Assembly: GCA_964503425.1 (NCBI GenBank)
Contig: CAZDAQ010000004.1
Span: forward strand, 1-42,428
DNA from: an uncultured Opitutales bacterium
Lineage (GTDB): Bacteria; Verrucomicrobiota; Verrucomicrobiia; Opitutales; JABDGR01
Direction: 5' to 3'
Length of the DNA: 42,428 nt
Position 1 is the first letter of the stretch; each line of letters begins with the position of its first letter. Below the pieces are notes generated by a model that saw nothing but the letters and a program-made list of their open reading frames with translations, searched no databases and was not told where the DNA came from. A program made the position numbers and the translations under genes. Below, one piece after another: positions 24,411 through 32,713 of this stretch.

Positions 24411-25445
24411 ATGGATGAATCCGCAGTCACGGTTTTGACGGCACTCCTCGGCGCGGGCGCGGGCGGGTATGTATCGGGCGAAGAGCTGGCGCGTTTGTTG
24501 GGCGTGTCGCGGGTGAGTGTGTGGGGGCGGTTGAAGAGGTTGCAGGGTGAGGGGCTGGAAATGGAAGCGATGCGCGGACGCGGCTACCGATTGGTGAAGG
24601 AGCCGGCGGCGCTGCACCCGGAGGCGCTGGCGGCGTATTTGCGGTTGCGGCATCCGGCGGCGGCGGGCCCGCGTAACGGGCTGGGGCTGGTCTTTTTGCC
24701 GGAAATTGACAGCACGAACGAGGAGGCCGAGCGCCTCCTGGCGGCGGGGCGTAAAACGCCGCTGGTGATTTTTGCCGGACGGCAAACGGCCGGGCGCGGG
24801 CGCCAGGGACGGGCGTGGCACAGCACGGAGGCGGGCGGCTTGTATGTGAGCTTCGCTTTCCAGCCCCGGTTGCCGCCGGCGCGGATGCCGAAGTTCACGC
24901 TGTGGATGGGATTGAGTGTGTGCCGGTTGCTCAACGACGCTTACGGGTTGCCCGTGCGCGTGAAGTGGCCGAACGATTTGGTGCATGAAGGCCGCAAACT
25001 GGCGGGGATGCTGACCGAGGCGCGGATTGACGCGGATGTGATGCGGGACTTGATTTTCGGCCTCGGGCTGAATGTCAATGGGGATCCGGCGCGGTGGAAG
25101 GGGCCGGGCGTGGCGGCGGCGCGCGTGGCGGGCACGTTGCAGCAACTCAACGGCGGGCGGGCGCTGTCGCTCAATGCCGTGGCGGCGGACGTAGCATGGG
25201 CGGGCGTCCGGGCATATGAGGATTTTGTGTCGGGGCGTTTTGCGACAGAGTTTGACGGACTGTGGGCGCGTTACGACAGCCTGCGCGGGCAGGAGGTGAC
25301 AGTGAGCCTCGCCGATGGCACGCTGCGGGGAAAGGTGACTGGGCTGGACGAGAGCGGGGCGTTGCGCCTCACGCTGGCGGATGGAACGCGGCGGGTGGTG
25401 CAGTCGGGGGATGTTACGCTGGGCGGGTATGGGGTGAAAGCGTAA
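24411..25445 (+). CDS. birA: Bifunctional biotin-[acetyl-CoA-carboxylase] ligase / HTH repressor
   Basis: ORF track. N-terminal winged HTH (ELARLLGVSRVSVWGRLKRLQGEG), the biotin-ligase motif GRQTAGRGRQGRAWHS, KWPNDL, and a C-terminal SH3-like tail. Confidence 0.85.
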   Translation: MDESAVTVLTALLGAGAGGYVSGEELARLLGVSRVSVWGRLKRLQGEGLEMEAMRGRGYRLVKEPAALHPEALAAYLRLRHPAAAGPRNGLGLVFLPEIDSTNEEAERLLAAGRKTPLVIFAGRQTAGRGRQGRAWHSTEAGGLYVSFAFQPRLPPARMPKFTLWMGLSVCRLLNDAYGLPVRVKWPNDLVHEGRKLAGMLTEARIDADVMRDLIFGLGLNVNGDPARWKGPGVAAARVAGTLQQLNGGRALSLNAVAADVAWAGVRAYEDFVSGRFATEFDGLWARYDSLRGQEVTVSLADGTLRGKVTGLDESGALRLTLADGTRRVVQSGDVTLGGYGVKA

Positions 25446-25446
25446 A

Positions 25447-26052
25447 CTAATTTGCGGGCGGGGAGCGCATCAAGGCGATGGTTTGCTTGTATAAATCCTG
25501 CAGCGACGCGCTTAAGACGGTGAAAGCTTTGGCCTCGGCGGGGTCGGAAGAGTTGTCCGCGGCGATTTGCGCGAGGTGCCAGCCGTAGCTAAGGGCGTCG
25601 GCCTGGGAGAGCAGCAGCGTGAACTCGAAGTCTGCGCCGGAGGTAAACAGGAGTTCGTGCTCCTTGGTAGCTTCGATGGCTGCGCGGGTGGCCTTTTCGC
25701 CGGTGGGCAGGTCGAGGGCGTGGAGGTTTAATGCCGGGTCGCTTTTCGCGATGGCCGCCAGCTCCTTGGCTTGGGCATCCGCCGTCGTGGCGATTTTTTT
25801 GATGAGCTGCTGGAGCTCGTCGCGGTGGCCTTTGATGATGAGGACGAGGTTGACGTTTTTTTCGTCCCCGAGGAGCTGGTCGAGCAAGCTGGCGGCGTTG
25901 TTGCGCAGGGCCAGTTTTTTGGCGGTGTCGGAGGGGCTTTGAGCCGGGGTGGTCGCGGCGGGCTTAAAGCCGCTCATGATGGCCCAAGTAAACAGCCCGG
26001 CGGCAAAAAGGAACAGGAAGCGTTTCCCGAAGAAGTTTGGCGTTTTCACCAA
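25447..26052 (-). CDS. Hypothetical exported helical protein
   Basis: ORF track. N-terminal signal/anchor MVKTPNFFGKRFLFLFAAGLFTWAIMSG; the remainder looks all-helical. A weak resemblance to DUF4142-type proteins is my impression only. Confidence 0.5.
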   Translation of the reverse strand: MVKTPNFFGKRFLFLFAAGLFTWAIMSGFKPAATTPAQSPSDTAKKLALRNNAASLLDQLLGDEKNVNLVLIIKGHRDELQQLIKKIATTADAQAKELAAIAKSDPALNLHALDLPTGEKATRAAIEATKEHELLFTSGADFEFTLLLSQADALSYGWHLAQIAADNSSDPAEAKAFTVLSASLQDLYKQTIALMRSPPAN

Positions 26053-26140
26053 GGAACTTACCCCTACGGCGCCCAGGAGTCAAATAGGGCGCGCCAGATG
26101 CGTCTACGAATGAAGCGGGTCTTTTAGGGGCGCACAAGGG

Positions 26141-27811
26141 TCACGGTTGCGGGTTAAACAAATTCGGCTGGCCGGCGCGGGCGGCATGGCTTTGCAGGAT
26201 CGCCTTGGTTTCATCCGAATTGTCGTAGTTAAGAATTTTGTCGGCGAGGGCGCGCGCATCCGTCAAGTCGCCGGAGCCGGCGAGGGTTTCCACATACTTG
26301 GCCCCGGTCATGACTGTTTGCGTGTGCATGATTTCCTGCGCCTGGGCGGGCAAATTCACCCCGGGGTGCGGTTCCGTCAACGCATCAACCATCGCGTTCA
26401 TCCGTTGATAAGGCATCACCTGGACGGCATTGTTATAGTCTTGGTTGGCCAGCAATTGATTGTAAACGCCAAGGCCCACAGCGGCGCGGCGTGGATCGTC
26501 GGGGCTGAGTTGATTGAAGAGGTCCATCGTGGCATTATCGTCGTTCAGTGCCGAATTGAGGGAGCTGAAGTCCTGCACGGCACCCACGTCAGTGGCGTCG
26601 TTGAGAATGTGGGACTTCGCCTGGTCGCGCAGATCGCGCAACGCGTCGAGCGCCGCCGGGTAGTTCTTGCCGAGGTCAGCCAGGTTGGACAGCAGAAAAC
26701 TGTCTCGCACGCCGCGGTAATCCGGCACCTGGGGCATGCCCTGATTGTAGCACCAGAGGAATTCCGCGAGCGCCCCGGAGTAATCGCCATTTTTGGCCAA
26801 TTCCTGGGCATGCGCGAAGCGCGCCGCGACGGTGTCATGAGTGATCGGGGCGCTGGCCGCCGCACTATCGGCGGGCGGTTCGGAGGCTTTTTGCAGACGG
26901 GCGCTGTCGGCTGCGGCGGCTTGGGCCGGCGCGGCCTTCGCCTGCAGCTCTTGCGTCAAGCGGTGAAGTTTTGCATCCAGCTCGTCGCGCTGCTGATTGG
27001 CCAGCACCAGGTCGGCCGAGCGCTGGCTGGCTTCATGGGCTTCAAAAAGGGCCGAGCCGACGGCCAGGAGTGCAATGGCGGCGGTGATGCCGAGGGTGAT
27101 TTTGGTGGTGTTCATAAAGGTCAGGATCGCCAGCCACGCCGCCGCGCCGCCGGCCGCCGCCGATGCGCCGGCGAGGGCCGAGGCGGTGACGCGCGCCGCC
27201 AAATCGGCGGGCGCGGCGGCGTTGACTTGATTCGCTAGCGCCCCGGCGAGAGCGGCGGTCGTGGAAGTGACGCCGCGCCGAGTCAGGCGGGCATGGAGAC
27301 GGTCGAGGGCGCGTTCCACCCGCTTGCGTGCGGCTTCTTCGGTGAGCCGGAGCGTTCGGCCGATGTCAGCGAACGCCCGCCCTTCGAAGAATCGCAGCGC
27401 GACGGCGTTGCGGTCGCATTCGTCCAGGTCGCCGAGCAATTGGTCCAGCAGCGGCCGCAGTTTTTCCCAGTCCGCGTCCGCCGCGGGGTCGAAGGATATA
27501 TCGTGCATGGTTTGGGCCTCCTGTTCGCGGACGCGCCGCCGCCGTTCGGCCCGCACCACGTCGGTTGCGGCAAATTGCGCACTGCGATAAAGCCACCCGC
27601 TCAAGGCCGGATGGGTGGAGAGCGTTGCCGCCTTGCGCGCCAGGTCGGCAAAGACTTTTTGCGTCACATCCTCGGCCAAATGGATGTCGCCGCCCACCTG
27701 CCGCAGGGCCACGGAAAACACCAGGTCGAGCCGGCGGCGCACCAGTTCGGCAAATGCCGCCTCGGAGCGGTCGCGGGCATACTGACGGAGGAGTTCGGTG
27801 TCGCCATTCAT
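26141..27811 (-). CDS. ECF (sigma-70 family) sigma factor fused to a transmembrane segment and a ~300-aa C-terminal helical-repeat domain
   Basis: ORF track. Region 2 (FAELVRRRLDLVFSVALRQVGG..LAEDVTQKVF) and region 4 (ECDRNAVALRFFEGRAFADIGRTLRLTEEAARKRVERALDRL) occupy residues 1-177. A hydrophobic stretch spans 183-256, with a clear TM helix ITLGITAAIALLAVGSALF. A coiled-coil-like segment and TPR-like helices then run to residue 556. Confidence 0.8.
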   Translation of the reverse strand: MNGDTELLRQYARDRSEAAFAELVRRRLDLVFSVALRQVGGDIHLAEDVTQKVFADLARKAATLSTHPALSGWLYRSAQFAATDVVRAERRRRVREQEAQTMHDISFDPAADADWEKLRPLLDQLLGDLDECDRNAVALRFFEGRAFADIGRTLRLTEEAARKRVERALDRLHARLTRRGVTSTTAALAGALANQVNAAAPADLAARVTASALAGASAAAGGAAAWLAILTFMNTTKITLGITAAIALLAVGSALFEAHEASQRSADLVLANQQRDELDAKLHRLTQELQAKAAPAQAAAADSARLQKASEPPADSAAASAPITHDTVAARFAHAQELAKNGDYSGALAEFLWCYNQGMPQVPDYRGVRDSFLLSNLADLGKNYPAALDALRDLRDQAKSHILNDATDVGAVQDFSSLNSALNDDNATMDLFNQLSPDDPRRAAVGLGVYNQLLANQDYNNAVQVMPYQRMNAMVDALTEPHPGVNLPAQAQEIMHTQTVMTGAKYVETLAGSGDLTDARALADKILNYDNSDETKAILQSHAARAGQPNLFNPQP

Positions 27812-27906
27812 CGCTATTCAACAGTATAGCAGGCGCCGAAGGGAAATCCGGACAATATTTCGATAAGCAGTCTCCGTTAGGACGGCCCGTTGAATTAAAA
27901 GCGCCC

Positions 27907-28869
27907 TTATTTCCCGCCGCCCAGCATCTGGCGGGACATGTTAAAACCCATTTGTGTGAGCTGGCGCATTTGCGTCTGGTTTTGCTTGAAGATGTCGAGC
28001 TGGTCGGGCGTGAGGAGGGGAGTGACCTGTTCAACGATTTGGCTGTCTAACTGTTCCTTTTGTTGTTCGTAAGTCTGCACGGATTGCTCGGTGAGGGCGT
28101 TGGGGCTTGTTAAGGCCGTGGGGTCGGAGTAATCCGTGGTGAACTTGAAATTCTTGCGGGCATCATACATGACGCTGGCGAGGTTGTCAGTTTGGGAGGG
28201 GTCAAGCGGGATGCCGGCCTTGGTGAGTTGAGTGTTGAGCGTGCTCAGTTGCATACGCTCGGGCTGCTGCTGGACGTAGGTTTGATAATAGGCGTAGTCG
28301 GCGTCGTCATTGAGAAATTGCTGGATCTGGGCGTCGGTGGCGGCATTGGCATCTTTGCTTTGCTGGCCGAGCGCGGCGCGGTCGTCGGCGGTGAGGTTGC
28401 CGCCCATGATTTTCAAGCCGATGTCCATCTGGTTTAATTGCCGGTCGGTGAGGAGCTTGACGAACTGGTCGCGTTCGGCGGGGGAAAGGTTGAAGTGTTT
28501 GATGAGGTCGCCAAAGTTCATTTCGACCGCTTGTTTTTGCTGGGCGGTGATCATATCGCGCATGGCGGGGGTTTTCATCATCTCCGCGAGTTGCGCCATG
28601 GGGTTTTTCTTGGGGGCAGCCGGGGCCGCCGCCGAGGCTTCGGTGTTTTGGCCGGGCGCGGCGGTTGGGGCGCTGCCGGCTTGGGCAAGCTCGTCCTGCA
28701 ACGACTTGGATTTGGCGTCGGCGGCCTTGGCCACTTTGTCGGCATTGGCGAGACGCGCGGTCAAATCGGTGATGTTGGCTAGGTCAGACGCATGGTCCTG
28801 GGCCAGACGGATGGAGGTGGCGGCGAGGCCGAGAATGGCGACAATGGCGAGGAGGCGGATGGGTTTCAT
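27907..28869 (-). CDS. Exported LTXXQ-motif (CpxP/Spy-like) protein
   Basis: ORF track. Signal peptide MKPIRLLAIVAILGLAATSIRLA. Two LTXXQ motifs (LTDRQ at residues 140-144, LTPDQ at 286-290). Gln/Asp-rich and helical. Confidence 0.5.
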   Translation of the reverse strand: MKPIRLLAIVAILGLAATSIRLAQDHASDLANITDLTARLANADKVAKAADAKSKSLQDELAQAGSAPTAAPGQNTEASAAAPAAPKKNPMAQLAEMMKTPAMRDMITAQQKQAVEMNFGDLIKHFNLSPAERDQFVKLLTDRQLNQMDIGLKIMGGNLTADDRAALGQQSKDANAATDAQIQQFLNDDADYAYYQTYVQQQPERMQLSTLNTQLTKAGIPLDPSQTDNLASVMYDARKNFKFTTDYSDPTALTSPNALTEQSVQTYEQQKEQLDSQIVEQVTPLLTPDQLDIFKQNQTQMRQLTQMGFNMSRQMLGGGK

Positions 28870-28927
28870 GGGATCGAAGGGCGGCAGGCGTTGAGTGGTT
28901 GGGTCAGTCGGGCTGTATAGAATGAAG

Positions 28928-28955
28928 ATACTACAAGTTGCGAAAGGTTACACAA
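28928..28955 (-). promoter_or_regulatory. Putative sigma-70-type promoter for the LTXXQ/ECF gene string
   Basis: The minus strand reads TTGTGT (28955-28950), a 16-nt spacer, then TAGTAT (28933-28928), about 60 nt upstream of the ATG at 28869. This is sequence resemblance only. Confidence 0.25.
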
Positions 28956-28971
28956 ATGGGCAAAAAACCGA

Positions 28972-29169
28972 TCAGTCCTCTTCGGGGGAGAAAATTTCCT
29001 CGATGGACAAGGCTAATAGCCGCGCGATTTTGAAGGCGAGAGGCAGACTGGGGTCATACTTCCCGGTTTCGAGGGCGTTCACCGTCTGACGGGAAACGCG
29101 GAGTTTCTCTGCCAGATCGGCTTGAGACCATGCCCGCGCCGCGCGAAGTTCTCGCAGGCGGTTTTTCAT
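28972..29169 (-). CDS. Small Xre-family helix-turn-helix transcriptional regulator (65 aa)
   Basis: ORF track 28972..29475, trimmed to ATG 29169: MKNRLRELRAARAWSQADLAEKLRVSRQTVNALETGKYDPSLPLAFKIARLLALSIEEIF, a textbook short Xre HTH. ATGA overlap with the upstream membrane-protein gene. Confidence 0.85.
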   Translation of the reverse strand: MKNRLRELRAARAWSQADLAEKLRVSRQTVNALETGKYDPSLPLAFKIARLLALSIEEIFSPEED

Positions 29170-29672
29170 TGGTAATGGCGGTTGGAAAGTATCGAGCCGA
29201 GCAGCAGCAGGCCATACGCGAGGGCAAAGAAGCCCTCCCAGCCCCAGCGGAAGGAGATGAGGCAACCGGCCGATTGCAAAAGATCCAAGACCATGAAGAG
29301 CAGGCCCATGGTGGCGGTCGCAAACAACATGGCCTCGTATTGGATGCGCCGCTGCAGTTCGTCGAGGCCGCGAATCCACCGCAATATGCCGTGCGCATAG
29401 AGAACACTTGGCAGCACGGGCGCCAACGCGACCAGCACACGGAGGGCCGGGGCCCAATCGGGTTGCTTCAGGCACCAGCGCGCAACGAACGAAACGACAA
29501 TGGCGACGAGCGCCCAGGCGTTGAGCCTTAGTGCTGCGCCGAGAGGCATTTTAAAACTTTCCGGGTAGGTGGCTTTATTAAAGACACCGATGAAACCGAC
29601 CAGCAGGAGCAGCGCAACGAGCGCCGCAGATATGATCCATTGAGGGTGCATGGCCAGCAATGTAAAGCTCAC
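29166..29672 (-). CDS. Multi-pass membrane protein co-transcribed with the Xre regulator
   Basis: ORF track (GTG at 29672; alternative ATG at 29651). Four to five hydrophobic helices. The stop at 29166-29168 overlaps the HTH start. Confidence 0.6.
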   Translation of the reverse strand: MSFTLLAMHPQWIISAALVALLLLVGFIGVFNKATYPESFKMPLGAALRLNAWALVAIVVSFVARWCLKQPDWAPALRVLVALAPVLPSVLYAHGILRWIRGLDELQRRIQYEAMLFATATMGLLFMVLDLLQSAGCLISFRWGWEGFFALAYGLLLLGSILSNRHYQ

Positions 29673-29797
29673 TTGTCATGCGTCAAGCGTGCTTTACATG
29701 TTTTTCCGGGCCTGCCTGGTTCATTTATTAAGGACCACAAGATTTAGAATCGCCGAGCCTAAGCTTTTCCGCCTTCTTGGGTTTTTCGGTCGCGCCC

Positions 29798-30613
29798 ATG
29801 AATGTCCTGTGCATTGACGTCGGTAACACGCGCACGCACCTGGGGGTGTTGCGCGACGGGGAGGTGCTGTGGCAGGCGGCGGTGCCGACGCCGCAGGTGG
29901 CGGACCCGGCGGCGGGACTGCGGGCGAAGTTAGCGGAACTGGCGCGCGGGCCGCTCTCGCCGGCAGGGATGGCGTTTTGCTCGGTGGTGCCGGCGGCGAC
30001 CGCGGCATTGCGGCCGGTGTTGGCGGCGGCCGGCTGGCCGTTGTTTCATTTGACGTGGGAAAAGTGCGCGGCCCTCGGCTTGCCGCTGGAGTATCCTTAC
30101 CCGGAGCAAATCGGTCAGGACCGGCTGGCGCTGGCGATCGGGGCGGTGGCCGGCCACGGCACGCCGGTGGTGGCGATTGATTTGGGGACGGCGGTGACGT
30201 TCGACGTCATCAACCGCCGGGGGGCATATGAGGGCGGCATCATCGCACCAGGGCTGAACATCATGACGCGCTACCTGCACGAGCAGACGGCGTTGCTGCC
30301 CGCGCTGGACCCGGCGGATCTGCTGGTGTCGTCGGGCATCGGGCAGAGCACAGTGGAGGCGATGAAGATTGGGTGCGCGGTGGGGTTTGCGGGGATGATT
30401 CGGGCGCTGCTTGACTTGGTGCTCAAGGAACTGCGCGAGCGCGGCGAGGGCGACGTGAAGGTCGTGGCCACTGGCGGGAGCGTGGGGAATCTGCCGAAGG
30501 CGTGGCTGGGCGACATCCATTTCGACCCGGATTTGCTCTTGCGCGGGCTGGAGGTGGCGTGGCGCAGGCAGGCGGGGAAAGGCGAGCCAGGCACCGGAAC
30601 AATGAACCCTTGA
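29798..30613 (+). CDS. coaX: Type III pantothenate kinase
   Basis: ORF track 29777..30613, trimmed to ATG 29798. MNVLCIDVGNTRTHLG, IDLGTAVTFD and GGIIAPG are the ASKHA-fold CoaX motifs. Confidence 0.9.
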   Translation: MNVLCIDVGNTRTHLGVLRDGEVLWQAAVPTPQVADPAAGLRAKLAELARGPLSPAGMAFCSVVPAATAALRPVLAAAGWPLFHLTWEKCAALGLPLEYPYPEQIGQDRLALAIGAVAGHGTPVVAIDLGTAVTFDVINRRGAYEGGIIAPGLNIMTRYLHEQTALLPALDPADLLVSSGIGQSTVEAMKIGCAVGFAGMIRALLDLVLKELRERGEGDVKVVATGGSVGNLPKAWLGDIHFDPDLLLRGLEVAWRRQAGKGEPGTGTMNP

Positions 30614-30750
30614 AGACATGGATGGCTGGGGGGATGACAAATTGATTATCGGCTGTAACTGGGGACACGTACCGCTGCATCCGGCGTTGATTTCGGCTTG
30701 AAGAGTGTTTAACTACATTAACTTTACGAGGTTGGTGAAAGCCGGGCACG

Positions 30751-30776
30751 GCCTGCGGTGAACGAAAACCGCAGGC
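30751..30776 (+). other. Perfect 8-bp stem / 10-nt loop hairpin in the coaX-ABC spacer
   Basis: GCCTGCGG tgaacgaaaa CCGCAGGC, read directly. No U-tract follows. It sits 48 nt upstream of the ABC ATPase ATG. Confidence 0.3.
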
Positions 30777-30823
30777 GCGTGTCTCAGCTTTCACAGGCCG
30801 ATTTTTCGATTTCCCGCGTTACG

Positions 30824-31891
<1,068 letters not shown>

Positions 31892-31933
31892 GCTCCCCGG
31901 ATTTCAACGATTTTCCTCCAGGATTTTTTCACC

Positions 31934-32704
31934 ATGCGCCATTTTATCACGCTGCTCGCCCACGAATTGCGGATGCTCATCGTGTCGCCCTCCACCTATG
32001 TGGCGGGGGTGCTGTTTTTGGCGGTGATGGGGGTGTTTTATTTCTTCATCCTGTATTTTTACGACACGCAGATTGAGGTGGAGCTGCCATCGGCCCAGTA
32101 TTTCCAACTGTTTTGGGTGCCGGTGCTGTTCATGGTGCCGCTGCTCACGATGCGGAGCCTCGCGGAAGAACGGCGGCAGGGAACTTTGGAGGCGCTGCTG
32201 ACGACACGGGCCTCGGCGCTGGAGATCGTGCTGGGGAAGTTTGGCGCAGTGTATTTGCTCTACGTATTTCTGTGGGCGTTGACGCTGTTGTATCCATGGA
32301 TTGCGCAGCAATACCTGCCGATCGGGCGGGCGGACCCGCGGCTGGTGGACCCGGCGTCGCTGTTGGGAGGCTATTTGTTCGTCATGGTGAGCGGGGTGCT
32401 GTATGTAGCGCTGGGTTTGTTCGCCAGCAGCCTGACGCGCAGCACGCTGGTGGCGGGGATGCTGGCGTTCAGCCTGCTGTTTGTTTTGGTCATCGGCGGC
32501 AGCCTGCTCCCGAAACTGCCGGCGCAGGAGTTGGAATGGCTGGGGGGCTTGCAGCCGATATTTGATTATTTGCCGACGTTCCGGCATCTGGCGGATTTCA
32601 GCGTCGGCGTCATAGACACCCGGCCCTTCTTTCTCTACCTGAGCAATACGCTGCTGGTCCTGGGGCTGACGACGCTGGCGGTCGAAGCACGGGGGGGAAC
32701 CTAA
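31934..32704 (+). CDS. ABC-2 type permease (GldF-like)
   Basis: ORF track. About six hydrophobic helices, starting 42 nt after the ATPase stop. Confidence 0.8.
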   Translation: MRHFITLLAHELRMLIVSPSTYVAGVLFLAVMGVFYFFILYFYDTQIEVELPSAQYFQLFWVPVLFMVPLLTMRSLAEERRQGTLEALLTTRASALEIVLGKFGAVYLLYVFLWALTLLYPWIAQQYLPIGRADPRLVDPASLLGGYLFVMVSGVLYVALGLFASSLTRSTLVAGMLAFSLLFVLVIGGSLLPKLPAQELEWLGGLQPIFDYLPTFRHLADFSVGVIDTRPFFLYLSNTLLVLGLTTLAVEARGGT

Positions 32705-32713
32705 AATCCGGGG

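Noticed and set aside
25447-29672. Reading the birA-coaX intervening block as a mobile genetic element or prophage remnant.
   Set aside because: There are no recombinase, terminal inverted repeats, direct repeats, tRNA target or phage-like genes. Only the broken synteny supports an insertion.
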